Below, piece by piece: positions 18,458-28,300 of a DNA stretch of 64,000 nt. Source of the DNA: a virus. Taxonomy: Duplodnaviria > Caudoviricetes. Below the pieces are notes generated by a model that was not told where the DNA came from, ran no database searches, and saw only the letters and a list, made by a program, of their open reading frames with translations. Position numbers and translations under genes: made by a program. The stretch covers positions 1 through 64,000 of the IMG/VR virus record IMGVR_UViG_2585427716_000002; one strand, 5' to 3'. Within the stretch, counting starts at the first letter, position 1, and the number at the start of each line of letters is the position of its first letter.

Positions 18458-18648
18458 ATGACATCTTTAACGACTTTTTCGATTACAGGGTTAGAGAGTA
18501 CATATCTAACCTAAACAAAAAATTCGAGAATAACGCAATTAGTGCCGACAGGTATGAATTTCTTTTCTCTAAGTTGATGTCTTGGGTCGATGTTTACGAC
18601 GAAAATGAAGAAAATCGCAACGATTCAGGTCTATGCAGCGATTACTAA
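18454..18648 (+). CDS. Small hypothetical protein
   Basis: RBS GGGAGG, ATGA overlap. Confidence 0.5.
   Translation: MNDIFNDFFDYRVREYISNLNKKFENNAISADRYEFLFSKLMSWVDVYDENEENRNDSGLCSDY
18616..18647 (+). promoter_or_regulatory. Phage-specific promoter, class 1
   Basis: CGCAACG-N16-CGATTACTA. Confidence 0.7.
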
Positions 18649-18688
18649 AGTGTAGGTAATAACAACAATTGATGTGGAGGAACTCACA

Positions 18689-19438
18689 ATGAAAAACATT
18701 ACAGACAAAGTAAACAAACTAGCCACTACTCTGCTTAACAATGACGACATCCAAGTAAACGTCGACTTAGAAAACGGATCTGTGGGGATTAATGGTGTTG
18801 AATTTAGCCAAGAGGATCAGTTGGAAGTTATAAAGCAAGGCTTTAACGATCCTACCTTATCTACTTTGCTTGCTCAGATTGGAAAAAGTCCTGAGGCAGT
18901 CGGAATTAGAAATGCAGTTAGTTTTGACGGTGGAAAGCTCAATGTAGACGAAGCCGCTATTAAAGACTTAATTAAAAAGACCGAAAAACCTTCCCCACAA
19001 CCGGAGAAAATGCAAGGCATGGCCGATACCCGCAAGGAAGACGACCTACTTCGACGTATCAACCAACTGGAGAAAGAACTAGAAAACAAAAACGAATTCG
19101 TTGACCGTATGTCTAAGAAGTTTGAAGAACAAAAGGCTGTCGCTAGCGCACTCAGGGACCTACTGAGATTAGGTGATCAGTTCCATGTCCCTGAGAAAGA
19201 TTTGATTTTCCCTGAAACATTTTCAGATGTGGCAACTATCATCCACCCCGACGATAAGATCACTGACCAGGAGATCAATGAAATGATTGAAGAAATGAAA
19301 GATGTCTATGTTCCGCTTAACTCCTTTGCAACAGACGTATACAAAGACGTCGTCATCATCAAAACTCATGACGATGACGGCATTAGATACTACGTTTCAA
19401 GGAACTATCACTATGTCTATACAGGTGAAAGTGAATAA
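18689..19438 (+). CDS. Hypothetical coiled-coil protein
   Basis: RBS GGAGGA; long ORF. Confidence 0.7.
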   Translation: MKNITDKVNKLATTLLNNDDIQVNVDLENGSVGINGVEFSQEDQLEVIKQGFNDPTLSTLLAQIGKSPEAVGIRNAVSFDGGKLNVDEAAIKDLIKKTEKPSPQPEKMQGMADTRKEDDLLRRINQLEKELENKNEFVDRMSKKFEEQKAVASALRDLLRLGDQFHVPEKDLIFPETFSDVATIIHPDDKITDQEINEMIEEMKDVYVPLNSFATDVYKDVVIIKTHDDDGIRYYVSRNYHYVYTGESE

Positions 19439-19489
19439 ATCTACACTACGGCCCCTCCTTTGAGGGGCTGATTTTAAGGAGGCTATAAC

Positions 19490-20707
19490 ATGTCAAGAAA
19501 ACCAAGTACAGGGGAGTCTATAGGCACTGATGACTTAATGTCATTAATGGAAAAAGAAATGTCTAAAAAGTTCAGAGACCACCAAGGCGCGAGGTTGTCG
19601 GATTACCGTAAGGATATTCCGAAGCTATGGTACTCTACAGGAATCATGACGCTGGATCAGGCACTGGCCGGAGGACTTGCAGGAGGACGTGTATCTGAAT
19701 TTTTTGGCGCACCTAACTGCGGGAAGTCTACCTCCCTCTACTCTGCAATTGCTGAAACCCAGCGCCGCCATCCCGAGGGTTATCACGACTTCCATATCAT
19801 CGCAGATCCTGAAAACTCTTCATCTGACGCTAAAGCCCATATGGAAAAACTAGGCGTCGACGTGAGTAAAGTTTATATTATTGCCCCTAGTGACGGGAAG
19901 CCAATGTACGCAGAACATATTTTCGAACGTATTGAATATTTACTACGTAACCCTGCATTGAAAGGACGTATTGGAATTATCGGAATCGATTCAGTAGGTG
20001 CCTTAGTAGCAAAAGATGAGGGCGAAAAGGGTTGGGATAAATCTGCACGTGTTGGTGGTATTTCAGGTATCATGTCACGATTCCTACAAAATATTGTTGA
20101 TAATGGCCTCTTGCAGGAGTCAATGGGACACTTGATGTTACTGAATCAGGTAAGAGCAAATATCGGGGATCAGTGGAATCCATACCGTACCCCTGGAGGA
20201 TATAAATTGGAGCATGTCGCCTCCCAGCGTGTAGAGGTTCAACGAACTATGGGACAAGACTTCAAAAACCCTAACTACAACTCTAACAACGAAAATGCCG
20301 GGGAAGCACAATTTATTGGTCAGAAGATTAAATTTAAACAGGTTAAATCAAAAGTCGGTGGCCGCTTTGGAGCAACTGCCTCCGTTAACTTCTATTATGA
20401 CCATGGACTGGATTTAGCACTTAATGCTATTCAAGTTGGCCAACAATACAACATCATTGTTGGGACCAGTTGGATGTCCATGATAGACATTGGGACAGGA
20501 CAAGAAGTCATCAAAAAGCAGGGTATCAACAACTTAAAAAACGCGATTTTGGAAGACGAGGACTTATACGCCAAGTTTGACTATATGTTGACCTATGCAA
20601 TGAGAGGTCTTGAACCAAAGTCTGTAATAGACGAGTGGGAAGAAATAAAAGCAACTGAGCTTAATCTAGATGAAGATAATGGTTTGGCGGAGAATCTAAC
20701 GGAATGA
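19490..20707 (+). CDS. recA: RecA/UvsX-like recombinase
   Basis: STGIMTLDQALAGGLAGGRVSEFFGAPNCGKST (Walker A), IDSVGAL, LNQVR, TPGG. Confidence 0.92.
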   Translation: MSRKPSTGESIGTDDLMSLMEKEMSKKFRDHQGARLSDYRKDIPKLWYSTGIMTLDQALAGGLAGGRVSEFFGAPNCGKSTSLYSAIAETQRRHPEGYHDFHIIADPENSSSDAKAHMEKLGVDVSKVYIIAPSDGKPMYAEHIFERIEYLLRNPALKGRIGIIGIDSVGALVAKDEGEKGWDKSARVGGISGIMSRFLQNIVDNGLLQESMGHLMLLNQVRANIGDQWNPYRTPGGYKLEHVASQRVEVQRTMGQDFKNPNYNSNNENAGEAQFIGQKIKFKQVKSKVGGRFGATASVNFYYDHGLDLALNAIQVGQQYNIIVGTSWMSMIDIGTGQEVIKKQGINNLKNAILEDEDLYAKFDYMLTYAMRGLEPKSVIDEWEEIKATELNLDEDNGLAENLTE

Positions 20708-20889
20708 AATTTGCATTTAGAGTGTTGATAATTCTCATAATGTCGGCCGTTGCCGATTCTATAGGAATAATTCTGGCGTATTATTTCAACAATCCGAGTT
20801 TGAGATTAAATTGTGTGTCAGTTACCGCGGCTGTCAGCGGGTACTTGGTTCGTGGGTGGTGGCCTCCGAAGCAGGAGGTCCCGAAGTGA
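20704..20889 (+). CDS. Small membrane protein
   Basis: ATGA overlap, hydrophobic. Confidence 0.5.
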   Translation: MKFAFRVLIILIMSAVADSIGIILAYYFNNPSLRLNCVSVTAAVSGYLVRGWWPPKQEVPK

Positions 20890-20941
20890 TGGATGGCAAC
20901 GACAAAATGGCGTTCTGCTTCTATAAGAAGGAGGGTTCAGG

Positions 20942-21130
20942 GTGAAGAAAGAGTTCAGTGCTTCCCTCATTTATTGGTGCCCCAAGTGTTCTTTAGAAGG
21001 TAAGCAAGCAACCTTAGTTGAAAACTCGATATTAAAGCGGTGTGTTCGTTGTCTAACTGATTACAAGTCCCCTATAAAGACAGGAGAAATACAACAGCCT
21101 GTGAGAGGACTTAAAGCTATATTGAGGTGA
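20942..21130 (+). CDS. Small zinc-ribbon protein
   Basis: CPKC...CVRC; RBS AAGGAGG. Confidence 0.55.
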   Translation: MKKEFSASLIYWCPKCSLEGKQATLVENSILKRCVRCLTDYKSPIKTGEIQQPVRGLKAILR

Positions 21131-21134
21131 TTGC

Positions 21135-21335
21135 ATGAGTATAAAAGAGTTACTGTCATACTTCCAGGGACTAGGTGTTCGATGTAACTTAATATATGGT
21201 GAGGACTCAACCCAAACTCTCCGTCTAAGAAAAAGTGGCAGAGGGGTTTCTCTTAGTTTATACGAATGGCACAACTACCCTCCGCACAAGAAGCAAGAGT
21301 GCGTAAAAATCCTATCGGAGGAACTTGGCTTATGA
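21135..21335 (+). CDS. Small hypothetical protein
   Basis: RBS GAGGTG. Confidence 0.5.
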   Translation: MSIKELLSYFQGLGVRCNLIYGEDSTQTLRLRKSGRGVSLSLYEWHNYPPHKKQECVKILSEELGL

Positions 21336-21724
21336 ACAATAGACCTAGAATGAACTATCGGAATATTGATAAAGTCCAGAATAATCGTATCGCCGCTAAT
21401 CTCAGCAATGTGGGTGACTTAGCCCACCGCCGAAGAGGTTCAGGCTCTAAGTGGTACGCCAAAGGAGATACCATTAGCAGTATGTTCTTGGTTGAGGCCA
21501 AGGATAAGGCGACCCCATCAAAGCAGCGCACCATTCACAAAAATACCTTCGATAAACTTAAATTAGAAGCTATAGAGGAAAACAAAATACCGCTGTACAT
21601 TGTCGGGTTCGGGGATGGACGGGATTTCATTATAATGGATGACCTAGACTTTTATGGTTTAGTTGATCGTCTCATAACTGCTGAAACTGAACTTGCAGAA
21701 CTTAAATCTAAGGAGGAAAAGTAA
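21332..21724 (+). CDS. Hjc-like PD-(D/E)XK resolvase/nuclease
   Basis: RRRGSGS..AKGD....FLVEAK motif. Confidence 0.7.
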   Translation: MNNRPRMNYRNIDKVQNNRIAANLSNVGDLAHRRRGSGSKWYAKGDTISSMFLVEAKDKATPSKQRTIHKNTFDKLKLEAIEENKIPLYIVGFGDGRDFIIMDDLDFYGLVDRLITAETELAELKSKEEK

Positions 21725-21894
21725 TGTTAGGAAAACGTAAATACCATGTATCAGGGCATGACCCAAAAGGAGACTACGTTGAAGGTGAACTTTGGGCGTC
21801 CAGTGCCCGTGAAGCATTAAAGATTGCTCAAAGTTGGGACGATGGCAATACTTATACTGTCGCTCGAAAAGTCGGCTGCGGGTGTGGGAGCTAA
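21724..21894 (+). CDS. 56-aa protein ending GCGCGS (absent from ORF track)
   Basis: RBS AAGGAGG; MLGKRKYHVSGHDPKGDYVEGELWASSAREALKIAQSWDDGNTYTVARKVGCGCGS. Confidence 0.6.
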   Translation: MLGKRKYHVSGHDPKGDYVEGELWASSAREALKIAQSWDDGNTYTVARKVGCGCGS

Positions 21895-21895
21895 C

Positions 21896-22216
21896 ATGAT
21901 TGACGTTACTGGCATGGATTCATTCAATGAAGAGATTAAAGAAGGCGTTTCTCTTGTTTATGTTTACGCCCCTTGGTGTGGCCCTTGTAAACTAATCTCA
22001 CCTGCTTTGGTTAATCTGTCAGAACAATGCCCCGACGTCAAATTCCTTAAAGTCAATTCAGAAACAGGTGCTGACATCTTAACTATGTTGAATGTCTCCA
22101 CCATCCCTACTGTCCTCACCTTTAAAGATGGAGAAAGATTCAGCGAAGATGTTGGCTTCCAGCCCAGTAATGTATTCGAGGACAAACTAAAAAACGCAAT
22201 TACGGTATCTGGATAA
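21896..22216 (+). CDS. trxA: Thioredoxin
   Basis: APWCGPCK active site. Confidence 0.9.
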   Translation: MIDVTGMDSFNEEIKEGVSLVYVYAPWCGPCKLISPALVNLSEQCPDVKFLKVNSETGADILTMLNVSTIPTVLTFKDGERFSEDVGFQPSNVFEDKLKNAITVSG

Positions 22217-22294
22217 CAGTACAAAGAGGTGTGCCATTACGGTACACCTTTTCTTATAATGTCATTGCAAAATTGCTAGATAGGAGGTAACTAA

Positions 22295-23326
22295 ATGGCT
22301 CAACTTAGGACTGTAATGAAGTACGTTAAAGAGGTTGACGGTTTTATCAAAGACTTGCGGAAGGGTATGCAGCACAGCCACCCCTACTCCGTTGACGCTC
22401 TTCGTTATCATTTAGATGAATTAGAATATGCTCGTGACACGATAATGAACTCTGATCTGGAGTCAGGAGAGAATCTTGATAGGCTTATGGATAAACTAAG
22501 AGAGTGTGTCCGTGAATGCTTGCGCCCATCCTATTCAGGAAAACCACAGGTGCTTCCTAAACCTGTACCTGATCCTTGGAAACCACCCGTAACTGTTACC
22601 GGGGTAAATCTTATCCTTGTTTGTGATATCTCTGATTCTATGTTTGAAGGCGGGGGTCTTGAGAAAGGCGGCCGAGTTCGTAAATTACTTATTGCTTTTG
22701 CTCGTGAGGTAGAACGTTATGCAAAGATGGCTAAGATCCCTTGTAAAGTATCTTTAGTGACTTACACTGACCCTACCGATATAAGAGGAAAGAACAGGCC
22801 TATTTACTACACGGTTGAACTAAATAAAGCCGCCCCTAGTAAACTAGATGGCGCTATTAGTAAAATCAACCGAGGTAAGTGGGCACGAGGCGGCGACTGG
22901 CATGAGGCTGGGATGACTTGTATGTATAAAACAATCGATAAAGTTATCGACAAAAGTATAGTGAACGGAAAGCCTGTAGAGAATTCTATAATCTTGGTTT
23001 CTGACGAACGCCAAAAAATGAAGAACTCTCAATACCCTCCCCACCCACGTTTCCCGAATGAGGTAACTCTTGCTCAATTAGACGGTAAATTCGACAAATT
23101 AAAGATCCAAAACCGTTATGCGCTTATTCCAATGAAGTACGGCTATACTCGTTTACCTACTAGGTATGTTACAGGTAAGTGGGGAAAATTAGGTCATGAG
23201 CAAAACAAAGATGTTCAGAAATTCTTTCGTCAATGTAGGGAGTATTTCAAAGCCAGTAAATTATCAGACATTCAGGATTGGGTAGCTTGGACACTAGATC
23301 CAACAAAAGCACCTAAAAAGAAATAA
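22295..23326 (+). CDS. von Willebrand factor A domain protein with N-terminal helical hairpin
   Basis: LILVCDISDSM (DxSxS MIDAS), GGDWHE, IILVSD. Confidence 0.8.
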   Translation: MAQLRTVMKYVKEVDGFIKDLRKGMQHSHPYSVDALRYHLDELEYARDTIMNSDLESGENLDRLMDKLRECVRECLRPSYSGKPQVLPKPVPDPWKPPVTVTGVNLILVCDISDSMFEGGGLEKGGRVRKLLIAFAREVERYAKMAKIPCKVSLVTYTDPTDIRGKNRPIYYTVELNKAAPSKLDGAISKINRGKWARGGDWHEAGMTCMYKTIDKVIDKSIVNGKPVENSIILVSDERQKMKNSQYPPHPRFPNEVTLAQLDGKFDKLKIQNRYALIPMKYGYTRLPTRYVTGKWGKLGHEQNKDVQKFFRQCREYFKASKLSDIQDWVAWTLDPTKAPKKK

Positions 23327-23338
23327 GGAGGGTCATTT

Positions 23339-24073
23339 ATGGCTATTCGATTTGGAGACCTTTACGAAGAAATGCTGACCTTAGAGGAAGCTATTGAAAG
23401 AATGAAAGTAGACATTCAAAATGCTGACTGTGATTCAGATACGAAGTGTATTCTACAGAATGAACTAGAGATGTTGGAGCAGAAATACTACGATCTTAGC
23501 CTAACAGAGTTCGATTTCGAAAAACTTAACTTTGTATCGATTGTCGAGTCTATAGAGAGATGTCTACACTGTATTGAATTTGCAGGTAATTTCTCTGACC
23601 TCGCCCCTGCCCCTATTGCTGTAGCCAGCACCTGCGGAAATAAAAAAGTGCAACTATCCTTGGGTGACATTGAGCGAGTTATTGTACATGAATTTTCATC
23701 AAAAGCGACCTCTTATGATTTTGTTAAAAGCGCTATGCCTTACACGATTAAGACTAAAGACAAAGAAAAGTATGTAATCACTTGGGATTCTTATCGAAAA
23801 GGGGTTTCAATCAAGGGCTTTAATACAAATCCTGGCGGAACCGTCACTAACTTTGGAAACATCAGCAAAGTGGAAGTGGTACTTAATGAACCGGCACAGA
23901 AGAAGTACAAAAAAGAAAAAGTTATGGCGTGTAAAGTATTACTTGCTTCACGCACACCGATGACTTCTTCTGCCCCACTCACAAGAGCTGTTGATGGTAA
24001 AACCACAACCTACCCGAAAGTCGCAAAAACAACAAAATCCGAAGTGGAAATGATTTTTCAAATCTTTGTTTAA
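23339..24073 (+). CDS. Hypothetical protein sharing an N-terminal module with the vWA protein
   Basis: RBS AAGGAGGG; similar first ~80 aa. Confidence 0.65.
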   Translation: MAIRFGDLYEEMLTLEEAIERMKVDIQNADCDSDTKCILQNELEMLEQKYYDLSLTEFDFEKLNFVSIVESIERCLHCIEFAGNFSDLAPAPIAVASTCGNKKVQLSLGDIERVIVHEFSSKATSYDFVKSAMPYTIKTKDKEKYVITWDSYRKGVSIKGFNTNPGGTVTNFGNISKVEVVLNEPAQKKYKKEKVMACKVLLASRTPMTSSAPLTRAVDGKTTTYPKVAKTTKSEVEMIFQIFV

Positions 24074-24101
24074 GACAGGCCTCCCCTGTCTTTTTTAATG
24101 C

Positions 24102-24133
24102 CGCAACTTTTGCACTTTTACTAACGATAACTA
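24102..24133 (+). promoter_or_regulatory. Phage-specific promoter, class 1 (upstream of sigma gene)
   Basis: CGCAACT-N16-CGATAACTA. Confidence 0.8.
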
Positions 24134-24152
24134 GTGCACAAGGAGTGGTGTA

Positions 24153-24890
24153 ATGAAGAACAATGATGAGAACATTAAAACATTTGATGATGACGAGTTT
24201 ATTACCAAGTATGGCAAGCTCGTTCCCTACACTATTAAGAAAACATTCTCCCCTGGAGCGCTGCCCATGGTATTCGGTAATACAAGCCTTGATTATGATG
24301 ATTTAGTACAGATCGGGTTCATAGGTCTATGTAAAGCTAGGGATAGATTTGAACCCTCGTATGGTTATGCCTTTAATACATACGCCATACCTCTAATCCG
24401 TGGTGAGTTGCAACGAGCACTAAGGGATAACTGCAAAATTAAAATAAGTCGGAGCACCCATGACCTAAAACAAAAAATAATTAAAGCTGATATGCTTCAC
24501 GACCCGATACCTATTATCGCTACCCGTTTCAATGTTAGCGAGGACGATATTAAAAAAGCTTTGGAATACTCACCTAACTATCTCTATTTTGGCTCAATCT
24601 CCTCAAACAACAGTAATGACAGAGAAGCAACCCACGATGAAAATATATTTGACGACTTCGATTTAGAGGAGGAAGTCTCGAATCAAGAACTGCTTGAGAA
24701 TTTCTACCTAAAGGGTGGTCTCACTGGCACAGAGAAGAGCGTTTGGCATTTGTATAATCATGAAGAATTAAGTCAGACAAGAATAGCCGATTACATGGGG
24801 ATATCCCAAAGCCAAGTAAGCCGTGTTATACAAAAAGTCTATGAAAAGGCTGAGAACTTTGGTAAAAGAATTGGATTGCAGTCCACATAG
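24153..24890 (+). CDS. RNA polymerase sigma factor (SigB/F/G-like)
   Basis: DDLVQIGFIGLCKARDRFEPSYGYAFNTYAIPLIRGE; region 4 LSQTRIADYMGISQSQVSR. Confidence 0.92.
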   Translation: MKNNDENIKTFDDDEFITKYGKLVPYTIKKTFSPGALPMVFGNTSLDYDDLVQIGFIGLCKARDRFEPSYGYAFNTYAIPLIRGELQRALRDNCKIKISRSTHDLKQKIIKADMLHDPIPIIATRFNVSEDDIKKALEYSPNYLYFGSISSNNSNDREATHDENIFDDFDLEEEVSNQELLENFYLKGGLTGTEKSVWHLYNHEELSQTRIADYMGISQSQVSRVIQKVYEKAENFGKRIGLQST

Positions 24891-24908
24891 TGATAAGGAG
24901 GTTAGATA

Positions 24909-25235
24909 ATGTTACCTCACACATGTAGGGTCGGTGATCTTGTTGAGGTCATTGAATATGCCCACGAATACCATGGCTGTATCGGTAAAATTGTCAAAAA
25001 ATCTGATATTCAAATAACTATAGATTTTCATGGAGAACTAATTGATTGCCTCCCCTCTTCCCTAATTCTAAAAGCCAGGGCAGGCACCGCCAAATACAAG
25101 GTCATCAATGAGGCCATCGAAGCAAGTCAAACTCGGAACCTCACTAGAGAGGATCTTAATGATTTAATGGACTACGCTCTTGATATAAGGGATTTTGAAT
25201 GGGCATACGAATTAAAGCAAAGAAGAGACAGCTAA
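24909..25235 (+). CDS. KOW/SH3-like + IDEAL-like domain protein
   Basis: VGDLVEVI..G.IGKIV; DYALDIRDFEWAYEL. Confidence 0.6.
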   Translation: MLPHTCRVGDLVEVIEYAHEYHGCIGKIVKKSDIQITIDFHGELIDCLPSSLILKARAGTAKYKVINEAIEASQTRNLTREDLNDLMDYALDIRDFEWAYELKQRRDS

Positions 25236-25265
25236 AGCTGTCTTTTTATTTTACTTTCAGTAATC

Positions 25266-25297
25266 CGCAACTATACAGTACACCATCCCGATCACTA
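25266..25297 (+). promoter_or_regulatory. Phage-specific promoter, class 1
   Basis: CGCAACT-N16-CGATCACTA. Confidence 0.8.
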
Positions 25298-25327
25298 CAG
25301 TGAACCACAAAGAAAGGAAGTGCTGTA

Positions 25328-26104
25328 ATGGATCTAAAAGTAGGATCGATTTTTCAGTCAGGTGACAGAGCTGTTTTAATTTTCGGTATTTCAGAATACA
25401 CGGACCCCTTTGAGAATAAGAAACAATCAGGTATAGGTATTAACTTAGAAACCGGGCAAGTTGACAGCGTTAACCAATATGCGTATCGGATAAGAAGCTT
25501 TGATGATTTAAGCGAAACACAATTAGAGACTTTCTCGCACTACTACCCGATCCTAAGAGCAATGTTAAAGACCCCCATAGTTACTATTTCGGGTAAAGCC
25601 CGCAGCGGAAAGGATACCCTAGCCGACGAGATCGTTAATTCAAGGAGTTATAAGAAACTTCCTTTAGCAACCCCCATAAAACAAGTTCACAGTATCATCT
25701 ACGGCCAACTCGATATAAAAGATAGATCAGGGCTTATATTGATTGGCGAGACCATGTGCGAAAAAGACCCGCATATCTGGATTAAAGTTTGGTTACGAGA
25801 AGCCCTCAAACACTTTACAAAGAGTGATAAGAAGAAATTTGTTATCTCAGACGTAAGAAAGCCTAGTGAATTTACTTTCTTTAAGTCTATGGGGGCATTT
25901 AGCGTCCGTATTGTGGCCGACGAAGAAGGACGAAGAAAAGTCATTGCAAGGAAAGATGGAAAAGAGGCCTTAAATCATTTGGACGACAAGACAGAATCCT
26001 ATGTTGATAGTTTTGATACAGATATGGTTCTTTACAACGGGTACGATCAAAAGTATTTCGAAGACTTCGGCATGGTACTCAAAAGACTAACAAACGAAGG
26101 GTAG
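25328..26104 (+). CDS. dNMP kinase with N-terminal extension
   Basis: ISGKARSGKDT P-loop, A.PIK, ISDVR..E. Confidence 0.8.
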   Translation: MDLKVGSIFQSGDRAVLIFGISEYTDPFENKKQSGIGINLETGQVDSVNQYAYRIRSFDDLSETQLETFSHYYPILRAMLKTPIVTISGKARSGKDTLADEIVNSRSYKKLPLATPIKQVHSIIYGQLDIKDRSGLILIGETMCEKDPHIWIKVWLREALKHFTKSDKKKFVISDVRKPSEFTFFKSMGAFSVRIVADEEGRRKVIARKDGKEALNHLDDKTESYVDSFDTDMVLYNGYDQKYFEDFGMVLKRLTNEG

Positions 26105-26896
26105 TTGGTAGCTTTGAAGAACCTTTTGTTGCTTGGGGTAATGGCTACAAGCCTTGGACTTACTTCCGCCCAATTTGCACAACATAAAGTTGAAGACGAG
26201 GAAATTGACGATAACTCGTCTGACAGTCCTGTTGTCTTTAATAAGGACACAAGAAAAGACTTACCGTTTCTGAAAAATAACAAAGAGATGAGGGATTACA
26301 ATGTACTCCATCGACAACTTGATGATCTTAAAAAACGAGAAGATGAACGCAAACGTAAAGAACTCAGAAAACAGCAAGAAGAACGGGAACGCAAACGAGT
26401 TAAAGAAGAAAGACGACAAAGAGAACTTGCTGAAAAGAGGGCACAACAACTTGCTGCGGTAAAAGCAGAGCAACAACGTCAGGCAGAGCTGGCCGAAAAA
26501 CGAAAGAAAACCCCAGTTAGCGAACAACCTTCAAGAGAACCGCAGCCACGCAAACCTACCTCCCCCGCAACAAGTAAAGACACATTAAACATAGAATTTT
26601 CGTATTATGTTGCAATGTGTGATTCAGGTTGCACAGGTCAAACGGCGACAGGTATAGATGTTACAAACACAGTCTATTATCAAGGAATGCGTATAGTAGC
26701 TACTGATCCGAACGTTATCCCCACATGGTCAGTCATACAGTTCGATATGGGTGGACAATCAGTCCGAGCAATAGCGCTGGATACAGGCGGCTATATCAAA
26801 GGAAACAAAATAGACATGCTTGTTGGTTCAGTCGAAGAAGCGAACCGATTGGGGAGACAGGTCAAAAAAGTTGAAATAATTCGCTACGGAAAATAG
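26105..26896 (+). CDS. Secreted 3D-domain (lytic transglycosylase-like) protein with coiled-coil stalk
   Basis: Signal peptide; TATGIDV..IVATDPNVIP..ALDTGGYIKGNKIDML. Confidence 0.85.
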   Translation: MVALKNLLLLGVMATSLGLTSAQFAQHKVEDEEIDDNSSDSPVVFNKDTRKDLPFLKNNKEMRDYNVLHRQLDDLKKREDERKRKELRKQQEERERKRVKEERRQRELAEKRAQQLAAVKAEQQRQAELAEKRKKTPVSEQPSREPQPRKPTSPATSKDTLNIEFSYYVAMCDSGCTGQTATGIDVTNTVYYQGMRIVATDPNVIPTWSVIQFDMGGQSVRAIALDTGGYIKGNKIDMLVGSVEEANRLGRQVKKVEIIRYGK

Positions 26897-26913
26897 TAGG
26901 ACAACCTCGAAGT

Positions 26914-26942
26914 GTTATTTTCGGTGCTGACATCCTTATAAT
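26914..26942 (+). promoter_or_regulatory. Putative phage promoter, class 2
   Basis: GTTA-N19-TATAAT. Confidence 0.45.
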
Positions 26943-26972
26943 GTCTATGTCAAATGAAAAGAGGTGACTACT

Positions 26973-27272
26973 ATGGCAGACTATTTCCTTAAAGATTTGA
27001 AGAAAGATGTTGCGGAGAAACTCGACTATACACAAGACAGTGTGGAGAATATCTTACGTACTGCTTTCGACATAATCGGTAACAAAGTTGCCATTGACGG
27101 GGATAAAGTTTATCTTATTGATTTCCTTAACTTAGAACCGAAAGATTATGCAGCAAAGCAAGCAAAGAACCCACAAACCGGTGAACCTATGGTCATCGCT
27201 CCGTACCGCACCATCCTCTGCAAGCCTACTAAGGCAATGAAAAGAAAACTCAAATCCAAGTTTGAAAAATAA
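26973..27272 (+). CDS. HU/IHF-family DNA-binding protein
   Basis: AKNPQTGEPMVIAP...KPTKAMK. Confidence 0.88.
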   Translation: MADYFLKDLKKDVAEKLDYTQDSVENILRTAFDIIGNKVAIDGDKVYLIDFLNLEPKDYAAKQAKNPQTGEPMVIAPYRTILCKPTKAMKRKLKSKFEK

Positions 27273-27293
27273 AGAGGGCGGAAGCCCTCTTTT

Positions 27294-27518
27294 TTATGCC
27301 GTCTCTTCTATTGTGTTTTCTTCATCCTCGACATGCTTTTGTTTTGAAGTTTTATTTTGATCTGTCAACTCAGATACGATTTCTTCAACCACTTCAAGCT
27401 CATCTGTATTGAGCTTCATTAACCCTTTTTCTAATTTTTCTTTCCTGGCAACACTTAACTCAGGTGACCTATGTACTATCGAGAATACTAGTAGTTCCTT
27501 TAATTTCTTAGGTTTCAT
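27294..27518 (-). CDS. Small hypothetical protein with own SigA promoter
   Basis: RBS GAGGAGGG; minus-strand TTGACT...TATAAT near 27568-27595. Confidence 0.6.
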   Translation of the reverse strand: MKPKKLKELLVFSIVHRSPELSVARKEKLEKGLMKLNTDELEVVEEIVSELTDQNKTSKQKHVEDEENTIEETA

Positions 27519-27616
27519 TGCAATCCCCTCCTCACTGTATTATTTCCTTACCTTTCCCTTGTTCCCTATTATAACCAGTACGTATAGAAAGTCAAATGTA
27601 GTACCTCTCTCTATTC

Positions 27617-27648
27617 CGCAACTAACTACCCCCTCGTTTCGATAACTA
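27617..27648 (+). promoter_or_regulatory. Phage-specific promoter, class 1
   Basis: CGCAACT-N16-CGATAACTA. Confidence 0.8.
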
Positions 27649-27688
27649 GTTTGGAAAGTAACACACCATACTTAGGGGGAAGATATTT

Positions 27689-28300
27689 ATGTCTAACAGT
27701 AAAGAGTTAGTCAAAGAAATCTACAGCTCACCGGATGTTGTAGATATTGATGGATTGACCGAAGGAGGTCAGGACAACGTTAAAGTTTCGACTTTAGATG
27801 AAGCTACTCGCTACGCCTACGGTTTAGCAGAGACAAGGAAGTCTATTAAGGAATTTCAAGAAGTCGCTGAAAAAGAAATCGACAAATGGCGGTCTAAAAT
27901 TGCAGAAGTCGAAGAATGGTTAGAGGCTGTTCTAACCCCTCTAAAAGCAAAAGAGGAGCACCTAGCTACGCACTTGCAGCTTTACCACATTAATCAATTC
28001 AACTCCGCTAAAACAGAGAAAGAGCAGAAAAAACTCACCTCGATAAAACTACCGTACGGGGTTACTCTAAAATCTCGTGCTCAAGCTGATAAATTCGAAG
28101 TGCACGATGTGCCGACTTATAGAGCGTACGCCAAAGAAAACAACTTGTTAAAACCGGTAGTAGAGCCTGATGTAAATTGGGGTGAATTGAAAAAGAATCT
28201 TGTTGTAAGTGATGACGGTAGAGTCTTAGACAAAAGCACCGGAGAGTTTTTGGACTTTGTTAAGGCTGTCCCGCAAGAGAGAAAGTTTGAGGTGAAGTAA
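27689..28300 (+). CDS. Mu Gam-like host-nuclease inhibitor
   Basis: Coiled coil then SIKLPYGVTLKSR...VNWGELKK...TGE. Confidence 0.8.
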   Translation: MSNSKELVKEIYSSPDVVDIDGLTEGGQDNVKVSTLDEATRYAYGLAETRKSIKEFQEVAEKEIDKWRSKIAEVEEWLEAVLTPLKAKEEHLATHLQLYHINQFNSAKTEKEQKKLTSIKLPYGVTLKSRAQADKFEVHDVPTYRAYAKENNLLKPVVEPDVNWGELKKNLVVSDDGRVLDKSTGEFLDFVKAVPQERKFEVK

